From Thermoplasmata archaeon (GTDB lineage: Archaea; Thermoplasmatota; Thermoplasmata; RBG-16-68-12; JAFNFQ01): 64,000 nt of DNA. The position numbers and the translations under genes were made by a program. Below are positions 46,001 to 55,218 of this stretch, piece by piece. The stretch's first letter is position 1. Every line of letters begins with the position of its first letter. The notes beneath the pieces were generated by a model, which worked only from the letters and a program-made list of their open reading frames with translations, did not search any database and was not told the DNA's origin. Location: the NCBI GenBank assembly GCA_041489255.1, contig JBGPQV010000005.1:64001-128000 (forward strand). Direction: 5' to 3'.

Positions 46001-49000
46001 CTAGGCCTTGGGTTCTTGCGGCTTCACCTCAGGCATCGGCGCCTCTTCGGGCTTTGGCGCCTTCGGTCTCCTCCCGATGAGGATTCCGATGATGATGCCG
46101 ACGACGAGGAAGACGATGCCCAGTCCGATTGTCATGATCAGGTCGCCGCCGGCTCCGCCCGCCGTGAGCGAGCCTTGAACCGACGATGAGCCGATCACGA
46201 GCGTCAGCGTGTGCGCGGAGGCGTCGTAAGGCACGTACGTGAATGACACCGTCGCTGTTCCGGGCGCTCCACTGAGATCTTTTCCGGCGACATCGACAGT
46301 CATCATCTGATAGTCGACATTGTCGATCCTCAGCACCACCACCGCAGTGTCCAGCACCGGCCCGTTGTTCGTGACCGTCGCCGTGACTGTCGCCTTCTGG
46401 CCCACAGTCGCCGATCCGGGAATCTGCAGGCCGCTAAGGACGAACGAGCCAACTCCAACCAATGTGCCCATTTGTATAGTTGTGGTCAGAGTCTCGTTGG
46501 CGAGTTCGAACAGTGTTTCCCAGGCATCGGTGGCAGTCGGGTTGGTGGTGCCCGGCGCAACGGACAACGTGACGGTTCCAGCTGCGGTCGTCTTCGCCGT
46601 CACGTTGCCAGCCACCTTTGCTCTCACCGTGACGTCCTGGACAGGCTGGCCTCCAACGTCCTTCACGGTGATCGTATAGGTCTGCAAGTGGTTTGCTCTC
46701 ACTGCCGTGGTTGGTGGCGTCCCTGTCGGGAACAATGCTCTTATTCCCGCTGACGTCACCAAGTAGGCGAAATTCTGCTCGAATGGAACACTGCCGACGA
46801 CTCCGCCGAGCGCGTAGTTCGTGTCGGTGTAGACCACTGTGAACCCTAGTGACGTGTCCACATCGTGGACGGCCTCGGTCCACCCAGTCTTCACTTGGCC
46901 ACTGCCGTCCGTGACGAAGTCGCCGATTTTGATCGCGCCCCTGCCCGGCCTTAGGTCTCCGAGGCCGCGGTAGAGTGATACGGGCAAGCCCGCCTTCGGT
47001 CCTGCGCTATCCGCGAAGTTCACCGTGACGTTCGTGAATGTATTTTCCTTCGTCAGCACAGGGTCCTCCATCGCCCATGACGACACTGCCGCAAGCTTGT
47101 TCCTCTTCTCGATCAGATGCTGGGTGAAGTACATGGTCGACGGAGATCCGAGCAGGAACGCGCCCTGTGGTCCGAAGCCGGCTATGCCCGTCTCCAGCGT
47201 GACAACGCTGTCAGCGGGGAACGACTTCATGTTGATGGTGGTGGTGATCCGACCAGCGCCGTTGGTGACGTCTGTGAACACATTGCCCACGTAGGTTATG
47301 GTCGACCACTCAGGCAAAGTGACCGTTGTCGGGTTGCCCTGCTCGTTGTACGGAATCAAGATGTCGACTTCGACGCCAGGTGCTGACGCTCCGGTGATGT
47401 CATAGACATCCACCGTGAGGCTGACCGCGGAGTTCGGGTCCGCGAACCGCGTCGCTAAAGTCATCGAGGTGGCGTAATCCGCTGTCGTGCCGTCCGTGAC
47501 GAGCAGGCAGAGTCCAGACATTGCGAAGAACGCCTTCTGGACGGTGAAGTTGACCGAGACTGGGGTCGATACCGATGTCTGTGCCGTGAACGTGAACGAC
47601 ACAGTGCCGGTTCCGCTCGTGGTCTTGGTCGCTTGGTCGATGCTCATCGCGGTCGGCTGAGATACTGTCGCCGTCACAGCTTGACCACTGATCGGGTTGC
47701 CCGTTTGGTCAGTCAATAGGACAGTCACGGTGCTCGTCGCTGGGATTGGGGAAACTGGATCCGTGTCCACAATGTAGTCCGTGACGCTCTGGACCTCGAG
47801 TACTTGCCAGTCGTAGGCGCTGTTCTCCACGCCTATAGCCAGCGTCTGTTTTTTGATTTCCGGGAGTTTCGGTCTCGTGGGCATATCCACTTCAGCCTTG
47901 ATATAGTCGAATTGGTTGCGATTGGTTATCTTCGAGACTGGCGGGGGTGTGTAGGTGAATGTTGTCGTGCCGGCTACACCCGTCGTTCCCTGTGCGGGCG
48001 TCACTGAGCCGAGGACCAGTTCCGGTATTATGCCGACAGGTACGTTGGCAATTGGATTGCCCGCTTTGTCGACGACCTTCGCAGTGATTGTAGCGCTGCC
48101 GCCTGTCGTCACGACCGGCGTGGTCGTCGAAAGCAGCACCTGAGCTATATCGTTCGGTAGTACCACGTTTATGTTGAGGATGTCACCGCCGATGTCCCCC
48201 AAAGTAGTGGTCGCTTTCGCGATAAAGGCCGTTTCACCCGAAACGTATGGTATCGGGAAGTTTATCGCCGCATAGCCGGCAAAGTTGGTCGTCCCATTCG
48301 CCCAATCGCCTGTCACGGCCGTGATGTTAACATCGACGTTCGCCGCTGGCTGACCTTGTTGCACGACGTACGCTTGGAGAGTGGCCGTTGTGCCGGCCAA
48401 TACTTGGCCTGGTCCGTTCAGGCTGACAGTCAATGGGCCGGTCGGGACAGACGGTCCGCCTTTGCCCAGGACACCTATGGAGAACGCGTTGAATATCTCA
48501 CCGTTAACAGATATCCAGCCGCCCCAGATGTCCTGCCTGTAGCCCTCGATCCACCGCTTGCTGTAGAGGGTGTTGTAGGGCAGGTCCCTCGTGAGTATGC
48601 CCTCGGCGTCCTTCGCTGCTTGTATCCTCACCGCGTCGTTCATCTCTTGGTCGAGTATCGTGAGCTTCTGCTCCAGCTCCGTGCTGCAATACCCTGGCGC
48701 GTTTGACCCAACTCCCAGGAGCACGTCGCTATCGCACCCGAAGAACTCGGCCAGGTATGTCTCGGGGTATGGGCCTAGGCTGACCCACCCAAGGACGAAC
48801 ATGTCGAAGCTGGCTGAGACGAACGCCGCGCTGACGATAGCGTCGAACGCCGTCGGGGCGCTATCGATATTGAGGCCTATGGCCTTGAGGTTGTTGGCGA
48901 TCATTATGCCGGCATCTGCTCTGCTCGGATCGTAGTCCTTGGCCGGCGTGAGGATGTTATATTTTATCGGTCTCCCGTCGGGGAAGTCGCGCCATCCGTC

Positions 49001-50278
49001 GCCGTCCTGGTCGGTGTACCCGGCAGCATCGAGAATCGAAATCGCCTGCGTCTTGTCGAACGGTGGTGTGGTCGCGCTTGAGTTGATGTACGCCGGGTTG
49101 ATTGGGGAAATCGGGGACTGACCCTTGATTCCGAATCCCGCGAGCAGCCTGTCAACGATGAAGTCCTTGTCTATGGCGTAGCTGACCGCCTTCCTGAAAT
49201 TGAGGTCGTTGAAGGGTTCTCTGCGCATGTTGAAAGCTAGGTAGAAGAACCCGTCAGCAGCCGAGATTTGGAAGCCTATTCTCGGGTCATGTCTCAAATC
49301 GTTGTAGAAGCCGGAAGGCAAGTCCCATGGCACCACGTGGACATCGCCATTCTTCAGGGCGAGTATGGCCACATCGAGAATGCCGTAGATGTTGAACTGG
49401 ATCGTCTTCAGGTTGTTCGGGAAGAATGGCCACTGCCTGCCCTGCCAGGTGAGTGTCTGCGTCTTGCCCCAGTAGCCTTCGTAGATTCTCAGCTTGGCGG
49501 ATGTGAGCGGTGTCCAGTAGTCGAGGTACCACGGCCCGGTTCCGATCGTCGCTTGGACCTCGCTGCTCGAGGAACCGAAGTTCCTGTCGAAGTCGAACTC
49601 TGTTCCCTGGTTCAGCGTCACGCCGCCAGGGATCGTGAAGGCACCCAGTGCGACCTCGACCAGGTGATCCTTCCAGATATGCATGGGCATGATTGGGGTC
49701 GTCAGCGTACTGAAGAAGAACATCGAGTACGTCTGGCGCAACTGGAATCGGACATGGGTGGCGTCCACCTTTATGATCCCGACGTGGCTCTCGTGGGTCG
49801 CTCCCCACGCGCTTGTCGTCGCGTTCCACCTGTCGAACATCGGTGGATCTTGCCACGTTATCGACTTGAGCACCGCATCGGACAGCTGGCTGTTGAAGCC
49901 CATGGTCTGGAAGGTGAATATCACATCATCGGCGGTCATCGGCGCCCCGTCGGTGAATGTGATCCCCGTCCTCAACGTGACCGTTACATTGAGCGGGTCG
50001 GACGGGCTCACCGTGAAGCCAGAGGCCAAGACGGGGTAGATCGATCCGTCAGGGCTTAGGCCATACAGTCCTTCGTACACCCATTGCCTCCACAGGAACG
50101 ATTTCCACACCGAGTTTGTTGCCACGTCCCATGGGTGGAGGTTAGGAGTGTCGTTATGCACGCCCACAATTAGCGTGTCCTGCCCGGAGCCCTGAGCCAT
50201 CGCGACTTGGGGCATGCCCAGCAGGAACGCTAATATCACTGCTACGAACGCTGCACTCATAGCTGATGTTTTCATCAT
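46001..50278 (-). CDS. Family 5 (peptide) ABC substrate-binding protein fused to Ig-like repeats, a CARDB-like domain and a C-terminal TM anchor
   Basis: Signal peptide; LRTGITFTDG.PMTADDVIFT, GTGPW, FNMRREPFND..FRKAV..AID; Thr/Val-rich TD..G repeats; TM + KPEE tail; AGGAGG RBS. Confidence 0.88.
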   Translation of the reverse strand: MMKTSAMSAAFVAVILAFLLGMPQVAMAQGSGQDTLIVGVHNDTPNLHPWDVATNSVWKSFLWRQWVYEGLYGLSPDGSIYPVLASGFTVSPSDPLNVTVTLRTGITFTDGAPMTADDVIFTFQTMGFNSQLSDAVLKSITWQDPPMFDRWNATTSAWGATHESHVGIIKVDATHVRFQLRQTYSMFFFSTLTTPIMPMHIWKDHLVEVALGAFTIPGGVTLNQGTEFDFDRNFGSSSSEVQATIGTGPWYLDYWTPLTSAKLRIYEGYWGKTQTLTWQGRQWPFFPNNLKTIQFNIYGILDVAILALKNGDVHVVPWDLPSGFYNDLRHDPRIGFQISAADGFFYLAFNMRREPFNDLNFRKAVSYAIDKDFIVDRLLAGFGIKGQSPISPINPAYINSSATTPPFDKTQAISILDAAGYTDQDGDGWRDFPDGRPIKYNILTPAKDYDPSRADAGIMIANNLKAIGLNIDSAPTAFDAIVSAAFVSASFDMFVLGWVSLGPYPETYLAEFFGCDSDVLLGVGSNAPGYCSTELEQKLTILDQEMNDAVRIQAAKDAEGILTRDLPYNTLYSKRWIEGYRQDIWGGWISVNGEIFNAFSIGVLGKGGPSVPTGPLTVSLNGPGQVLAGTTATLQAYVVQQGQPAANVDVNITAVTGDWANGTTNFAGYAAINFPIPYVSGETAFIAKATTTLGDIGGDILNINVVLPNDIAQVLLSTTTPVVTTGGSATITAKVVDKAGNPIANVPVGIIPELVLGSVTPAQGTTGVAGTTTFTYTPPPVSKITNRNQFDYIKAEVDMPTRPKLPEIKKQTLAIGVENSAYDWQVLEVQSVTDYIVDTDPVSPIPATSTVTVLLTDQTGNPISGQAVTATVSQPTAMSIDQATKTTSGTGTVSFTFTAQTSVSTPVSVNFTVQKAFFAMSGLCLLVTDGTTADYATSMTLATRFADPNSAVSLTVDVYDITGASAPGVEVDILIPYNEQGNPTTVTLPEWSTITYVGNVFTDVTNGAGRITTTINMKSFPADSVVTLETGIAGFGPQGAFLLGSPSTMYFTQHLIEKRNKLAAVSSWAMEDPVLTKENTFTNVTVNFADSAGPKAGLPVSLYRGLGDLRPGRGAIKIGDFVTDGSGQVKTGWTEAVHDVDTSLGFTVVYTDTNYALGGVVGSVPFEQNFAYLVTSAGIRALFPTGTPPTTAVRANHLQTYTITVKDVGGQPVQDVTVRAKVAGNVTAKTTAAGTVTLSVAPGTTNPTATDAWETLFELANETLTTTIQMGTLVGVGSFVLSGLQIPGSATVGQKATVTATVTNNGPVLDTAVVVLRIDNVDYQMMTVDVAGKDLSGAPGTATVSFTYVPYDASAHTLTLVIGSSSVQGSLTAGGAGGDLIMTIGLGIVFLVVGIIIGILIGRRPKAPKPEEAPMPEVKPQEPKA

Positions 50279-50305
50279 GTGTCTCCTCCTAATGCTAAGA
50301 AATCC

Positions 50306-50373
50306 GACTCCCAAACGGAGTCTATTTATAAATAGATTGCCCGATTAAAAAGGCGGAGACTCCGTTCGGAGGC
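50306..50373 (-). promoter_or_regulatory. TATA box flanked by two GACTCC-N4/5-GGAG operator-like sites
   Basis: Perfect palindrome TCTATTTATAAATAGA at 50321-50336; AACGGAGTCT 50314-23 and AGACTCCGTT 50357-66 form an inverted pair. Confidence 0.55.
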
Positions 50374-50401
50374 GATGCGATACCAATCGGGCACGTTTCG
50401 A

Positions 50402-51241
50402 TCAATCGTCCGGGCAATCGGTGACGGCCGGTTTCTGATTCACAATGCCGATGTTCAGCGTGCTGGCTATCAAAGACCATCTGCTGAAATCGAGTCTGCC
50501 AGCGTCAAGGCGGGACGCAATTTCCTCTTCCACCTTCCCGGACCGCAACCGCTCGAATTCGAGCCCGTGGTCGACATCGACCAGCACCAGCGCCTCGGGT
50601 CGCGCCAATCCGAAGTCGTTCTTCTCGCCCGCCAAGGTCTTCTCGATCTGGCGGAGGGTAATCTCGCCGAGGCAGTAGGATTCCACGCAAGAGGCGATCC
50701 TGCGGACCATTCCCCAGAGGAAGCTCTGTCCTTCGACATCGAGGCAGATGAAGTCGCCCTTCCTGCTCGCCTGCACGGAGTCCAGGGTCTTGATGGTGCC
50801 CGTCTTCGCTCGGGTGAACCATCTGAAGTCATGGCGGCCCTGGAACAGCCTGGCGGCGGCGTCAGCCCTCTCCGCGTCGAGTCGCGCGGACAGGTGATAC
50901 CTGTACAACCTCCGCCTCGCTCGCCTGGGGTTGAAGTCGTCCGGGACCGAGGCGACGGCCCATGCCCAGACGTCCCTGGCGCGGGAGTTGAATGCTCCGA
51001 GGAGGGCCCGATTGGCCATCGCGGTGTCAAGAGCAATCACGTTTCCCGCCGCGCTGACTCCGGCATCCGTGCGGCTAGCTGACTGATACCTCGATTCCTT
51101 CGCATCTCTGATGGCCCCTATTTTTGTGAGGACGAAGATGCACTCCCCGTCGACGGTCCTGACCTCAGGCTGTCTCTGAGAGCCAGAGAACTTGGTGCCA
51201 TCGTAGGCGATCTTGAGCGCGTGGCGCACGGCAACGGTCAT
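50402..51241 (-). CDS. truA: tRNA pseudouridine(38-40) synthase
   Basis: KIAYDGTKFSGSQRQP, SRTDAGVSA, HDF, SFLWGMVRRI; start may be GTG 51229. Confidence 0.93.
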   Translation of the reverse strand: MTVAVRHALKIAYDGTKFSGSQRQPEVRTVDGECIFVLTKIGAIRDAKESRYQSASRTDAGVSAAGNVIALDTAMANRALLGAFNSRARDVWAWAVASVPDDFNPRRARRRLYRYHLSARLDAERADAAARLFQGRHDFRWFTRAKTGTIKTLDSVQASRKGDFICLDVEGQSFLWGMVRRIASCVESYCLGEITLRQIEKTLAGEKNDFGLARPEALVLVDVDHGLEFERLRSGKVEEEIASRLDAGRLDFSRWSLIASTLNIGIVNQKPAVTDCPDD

Positions 51242-51276
51242 ATTGTCACGGGATATATAGAGGGCGAAGGCGGGTC

Positions 51277-52041
51277 ATGGGCGAGTTTTCGGTGGTCCTG
51301 GTCGAGCCGAAGTATGAGGGCAACATCGGCGCCGTCGCGAGGGCGATGAAGAACTTCGGGGTCAGGAGGCTTGTCTTGGTCAACCCGCCGCCGATCGGCG
51401 ACGAAGCCCGGAAGAGGGCGATGCACGGGCTCGACGTGCTCGAATCGGCAGTGAGCTTCGAGACCTTGGACAAAGCGATCAACGGCGCTGATCTCGTCGT
51501 CGGGACGTCCGGCATCGACACGAGGAACGAGAAGAAGTTCCTCCGGATGGCGGTGACTCCCAGGGATTTCGCGGAGAAGGTCAGCGAGATGGACGGGAAG
51601 GTTGCCATACTCTTTGGCCGGGAGGACTATGGCCTTCTCAACCCCGAGCTGATGAAGTGCGATATGCTCGTCACAATCCCGGCAGACCCGGAATACTCGA
51701 TATTGAATGTCGCGCAGGCGGCGGTGATCGTCCTCTATGAGCTGTACCGGAAGCCGGCAGGAAGCGTCGGCAGGGAAGCATCCGCAATGGAGAAGGAGAA
51801 GCTCCATGAAGCATTCGCCGACCTCCTGGCCGCCACGAACTATCCCCCGCACAAGACGGAGAGGACGAAGGTCATGTTCAGGCGGATGGTCGGGCGCGCG
51901 GTGCCGACCAAGTGGGAGTTCCACGCGACGATGGGCGTCCTCACACGAGCGACGAAGCGCATCAAGAGGCTGGAGTCAGGCGAGGGCTACGACAAGCCAA
52001 GGAAGTCTGGCCGGGCCAGGCGGAAGCGGCTCAGCCCGTGA
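51277..52041 (+). CDS. trmJ: tRNA (C32/U32) 2'-O-methyltransferase, TrmJ/SpoU family
   Basis: VLVEPKYEGNIGAVARAMKNFG, LFGREDYGL, YSILNVAQA. Confidence 0.9.
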   Translation: MGEFSVVLVEPKYEGNIGAVARAMKNFGVRRLVLVNPPPIGDEARKRAMHGLDVLESAVSFETLDKAINGADLVVGTSGIDTRNEKKFLRMAVTPRDFAEKVSEMDGKVAILFGREDYGLLNPELMKCDMLVTIPADPEYSILNVAQAAVIVLYELYRKPAGSVGREASAMEKEKLHEAFADLLAATNYPPHKTERTKVMFRRMVGRAVPTKWEFHATMGVLTRATKRIKRLESGEGYDKPRKSGRARRKRLSP

Positions 52042-53044
52042 TGCCGAGCGCCTTGTCGGTCTTCTCGATGCTCTTCTTCCCGTCCTTTTCCAGCTTCATC
52101 ATCGCCCGAATCGCGTCGATGTTCTCCGGGACGACGTCGCTCTCTTGGTGGACCGCCTGGAAGTAGTAGAGATGCTTGTCGTTCACGACGTGCACCCCGT
52201 CCTCCCAGACCGCGATCTCGTAGAGGTCGGACCTGTTGCGGGACATGTCCCGCGCGACCTCCATGATCTGTGCGGTGGATTTGACACCATCCTCCCCCCT
52301 GACGAACTTGATTCTCGGCGACCTGCTCCAGACGTCGAGGACATCCTTCGGCGTGGCGGTCCTCTTGAGCTTCACCGAGATAGCGTGCAGGTGCATGATC
52401 GTTGTCGGGACCTTGACCGCAATCGTGTGGATGTTCAGGCTTTTCAGCACGCTCTGCACGTCAGGACCGTGGTGCGAGGGCATCTCCAGCTCGGGCTCGA
52501 TCGCGTTGATCGGCCCCTTCTTGCTGTCGTACGGGTCCGTGGCCCTGCGGACCATCACCGCCAGGACGCTCTCGATGCCGAAGCTTGACTCGAGGGGATG
52601 GAGCGTTCGGATGAGACCGGTCGTGTTGCAGCTCGGGACTCTGACGTAGCTCGCGCCGTAGCACTCGGAGTAGTTGACGGCGGCATTGAACGAGAGGTTG
52701 GTGAGGCTGTGTTCCTCGCCTCCCTGCCAGATGCCTTTGATGTTGGCCTTCTCGTAGACGGGCTTGTAGCCGCTCTCCTCTGGCGTGCAGTCTATGACGA
52801 TCTCGCATTCCTTCAGCAGGTCGTCCAGGGTTCCTCTGACCTTGACGCCCGCCTTGTCGAACTTCGCGAGGCTGTCCTTGTTCGAGGCATAGAGCGCATA
52901 GCCCTTGGCGAGGGCCATCTTCGCCTCGTAGTTCGGCTTGGTCTTCGCGACTCCGACGATCTTCATGTCATCTTGCTTGATCACCGCGTCGGCCACTCGT
53001 TTTCCTATCGTCCCGTATCCGTTGATCGCGACCTTTGCAGGCAT
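52031..53044 (-). CDS. gap: Archaeal type II glyceraldehyde-3-phosphate dehydrogenase
   Basis: INGYGTIGKRVADAV, QGGE, SCNTTGL, PSHHGPDV, HQESDVVPENIDAIRA. Confidence 0.96.
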   Translation of the reverse strand: MPAKVAINGYGTIGKRVADAVIKQDDMKIVGVAKTKPNYEAKMALAKGYALYASNKDSLAKFDKAGVKVRGTLDDLLKECEIVIDCTPEESGYKPVYEKANIKGIWQGGEEHSLTNLSFNAAVNYSECYGASYVRVPSCNTTGLIRTLHPLESSFGIESVLAVMVRRATDPYDSKKGPINAIEPELEMPSHHGPDVQSVLKSLNIHTIAVKVPTTIMHLHAISVKLKRTATPKDVLDVWSRSPRIKFVRGEDGVKSTAQIMEVARDMSRNRSDLYEIAVWEDGVHVVNDKHLYYFQAVHQESDVVPENIDAIRAMMKLEKDGKKSIEKTDKALGITG

Positions 53045-53118
53045 TTGATCCCCTCAACAGTGGGAAGGGGGACACGGAGAAAAACGTTTGCTGAGACCAC
53101 GCGATGTGATAGCCAATA

Positions 53119-54084
53119 TCACAGGTAGAGGTCTCTCCTGATGCGCGGCAGGAAGGCGGTGAAGATGGCAATCTTCGTGATCTCCTCGCGGTCGAGCCGC
53201 CCGTGGCTGAGGTATCCTATGGCGCCCTGCTTCGACCCCATGCCCTTGATGCCGGTGATACGCTCCATGGCCTGACCCACTGTCATCCCCTTCTCGACGA
53301 GCGAGACGACCGCAGGGGGGTAAGCGAAGCCTGGGCCGTGGCCGACCGTCAGCCGCCCCGCCTTGTCCACTACCGCGCAGTACTGCACATCCAGGTGATC
53401 TCTGATTGATTCGTTCCAGAACAGGCCCGCCTCGATCCCGACGCCGAAATCACCGCCACCGAGCGCTCTCCTCGCCCTGTTGATCGCGCCGAGCACGACG
53501 TCCTGTTCGAGCGGCTCCGGTGGCACCCCGCTCTCGACCGACACGCCGCGCACCTTGACCTTGGAATACAATTTCGAGGCGACCGTCCTGACAGCGCTCA
53601 CCTTCAGTCGGTTGTTCGTGCCGACGTTGATGACAAGAGTCCTCAACATTCGCCCTGTCCGACCGACTTCCTTCGCCCTGATCCGCGTCGAAGAGATCGG
53701 GATGCAATCCTCTGCAAGGACCATCGGGACCGGGAGGAGGTCCAATGGCGGGAACCCTCGCATCGCGCGCTCCTCGTTGACCCGCACCGCCACCGCCCTT
53801 TTCTCGGCGGAGACGACGAGTGCATCGAGCTCCTCGCTGACTGCAGGCCCGAGTTCATCGTCGATTCGCACGATCTCGAATCCTTTCGCGCCCTTGCGGC
53901 GGAGATAGGATTCCAGGTTGCGTTTCCTCAACGCATACGGCGAGACTCTCTTTCTAGTGCGCCTTGCCATCTCGTCGCTCGTGAGCCCGACCAGCAGCTT
54001 CCCGCCAGTGTCGATTGCTTTCTTCAGCAGTGCTTCATGGCCGGCGTGGAGGATGTCGAACGTCCCGCCGACCGCCACCCTCAC
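53119..54084 (-). CDS. coaD: Bifunctional phosphopantetheine adenylyltransferase / inosine-xanthosine triphosphatase
   Basis: GTG 54084; VGGTFDILHAGH...ISSTRIR, then YjjX-like GTNNRLKV..V, SGVP, GVGIEAGL, GAIGYLS. Confidence 0.9.
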   Translation of the reverse strand: MRVAVGGTFDILHAGHEALLKKAIDTGGKLLVGLTSDEMARRTRKRVSPYALRKRNLESYLRRKGAKGFEIVRIDDELGPAVSEELDALVVSAEKRAVAVRVNEERAMRGFPPLDLLPVPMVLAEDCIPISSTRIRAKEVGRTGRMLRTLVINVGTNNRLKVSAVRTVASKLYSKVKVRGVSVESGVPPEPLEQDVVLGAINRARRALGGGDFGVGIEAGLFWNESIRDHLDVQYCAVVDKAGRLTVGHGPGFAYPPAVVSLVEKGMTVGQAMERITGIKGMGSKQGAIGYLSHGRLDREEITKIAIFTAFLPRIRRDLYL

Positions 54085-54086
54085 GC

Positions 54087-54287
54087 TTAGGCCCCCCAGA
54101 GCCAGATGACAATCACGACCGCGAAGGCTATGAAGCTGCCGAAGTAGAGCATGAGCAGCTGGCGCTTCTTCTTGCGGATGAGGTTCTCCCGTTTCGCTTT
54201 GCACTCGTCGGAGCAGTATTTCTCGGTGCCGACCATGGCCTTCTCGCACTCTGCACAATGGCGGTGCTGGGGAATCCGCTCGACCAC
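54087..54287 (-). CDS. DUF2116-like Zn-ribbon membrane protein
   Basis: GTG 54287; HRHCAEC...YCSDEC plus C-terminal TM; TTTATAT TATA at 54307-54313. Confidence 0.82.
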   Translation of the reverse strand: MVERIPQHRHCAECEKAMVGTEKYCSDECKAKRENLIRKKKRQLLMLYFGSFIAFAVVIVIWLWGA

Positions 54288-54363
54288 GATGTCGCATGGG
54301 AGCGGGATATAAAGAGGTTGGCGGCGGGACCGTTCGAGGCGGGGCGGCAACGATCGGACCGAC

Positions 54364-54831
54364 TTGTGGATACTTATCCACAACCGCCCGCTGCCGCCTC
54401 AGGGAGCGGAGGCATTCATCTTCATCACTGCTAACCTCCTATCCACCTCCTTCTTGATCGAAGAGTAGTGGGCGGTCAACGACTCCAACGCCCGTCTCCT
54501 CGTTCTATCGGCACCTGCGGGCCCCAGGTACCGCCATCTCCTCCTGCTGTATCCGTTCTCTCGCGTGTACGACCAGAGGTAGACATACCGCCTTCCGTTG
54601 ACCCTCCGGACCTCGAGGCCGCATCCGATCTCCATGTGGATACTTATCCACAAACCCGGCTTGAACGGCATTGCGGGGGAGGGGCGAAAGTGACCTCGCC
54701 CGCTCGGGGGGAAGTGAGCTGACTTGTGGAACTTATCCACAAGTCCCGAAAGCGGCCTCTCCCCGGCCGTGGCGGCTTGCGACCGGAGCGGCGTTTGCAG
54801 GATTTGTCGAGTTGTGGATACTTGTCCACAA
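54364..54831. repeat. Four palindromic TGTGGATA-CT-TATCCACA (DnaA-box-like) sites
   Basis: 54364-83 TTGTGGATACTTATCCACAA; 54635-52 TGTGGATACTTATCCACA; 54721-45 GACTTGTGGAACTTATCCACAAGTC; 54812-31 TTGTGGATACTTGTCCACAA. Confidence 0.95.
54399..54635 (-). CDS. Small basic putative DNA-binding protein (78 aa; 3-stranded beta-sheet + helix)
   Basis: MEIGCGLEVRRVNGRRYVYLWSYTRENGYSRRRWRYLGP... carries the G..YvY...w.YlG pattern of archaeal D-335-like/DUF6788-like small proteins; fills the gap between repeats 1 and 2. Confidence 0.72.
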   Translation of the reverse strand: MEIGCGLEVRRVNGRRYVYLWSYTRENGYSRRRWRYLGPAGADRTRRRALESLTAHYSSIKKEVDRRLAVMKMNASAP

Positions 54832-54885
54832 GAGGGTAATCGATTTGACCCTTGCGGGCAAGGTTTTTACATTTTTCGCCACGAG

Positions 54886-54914
54886 CATTTAAAGGACGCC
54901 GAAGCGCCTTTATA
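54886..54914. promoter_or_regulatory. Divergent TATA boxes (minus: toward the repeat array; plus: gar1-tfb)
   Basis: ATTTAAAG at 54886-93 and TTTATA at 54909-14. Confidence 0.5.
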
Positions 54915-54954
54915 CTACATCGGCATTGAACGCGGGAGTCTGCCGGTGGGGGTC

Positions 54955-55218
54955 ATGAAGAAGCTAGGTGTCGTGGACAACCTCTCCTACGACGGCTCGA
55001 TACTCGTGCGGGCCGAGTTCGCCCCGGGCAGGGGCGCGCAGGTTCTTGACGCAAAGAAGAACCCGGTCGGCAAGATTTTCAAGGTGTTCGGCCCGGTCAG
55101 GAGGCCTTTCGCTGCGGTGAGACCGAGCAGGAAGGTGTCGCTGAGCCTCATCGGTTCCGAGGTCTATCTCGAAGAGGGAGAACATGCCGAAAAACCCAAG
55201 AAAGGTCGAAGAAGCTGA
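54955..55218 (+). CDS. gar1: H/ACA RNP component Gar1
   Basis: MKKLG.V...[18 protein letters not shown]; conserved position upstream of tfb. Confidence 0.85.
   Translation: MKKLGVVDNLSYDGSILVRAEFAPGRGAQVLDAKKNPVGKIFKVFGPVRRPFAAVRPSRKVSLSLIGSEVYLEEGEHAEKPKKGRRS

Noticed and set aside
53119-54084. CoaD-ITPase/XTPase fusion as a novelty
   Set aside because: A fusion already known from Thermoplasmata; useful only as a taxonomic hint
54364-54831. CRISPR array
   Set aside because: Repeats are only ~20 bp, spacers are ~70 and ~250 bp (one containing a gene), and there are no cas genes
54364-54831. Archaeal ORB origin or Xer/dif site
   Set aside because: No TCCA-GTGGAAAC/G-string ORB consensus or adjacent cdc6; the 2-bp spacer does not fit the 6-bp dif core
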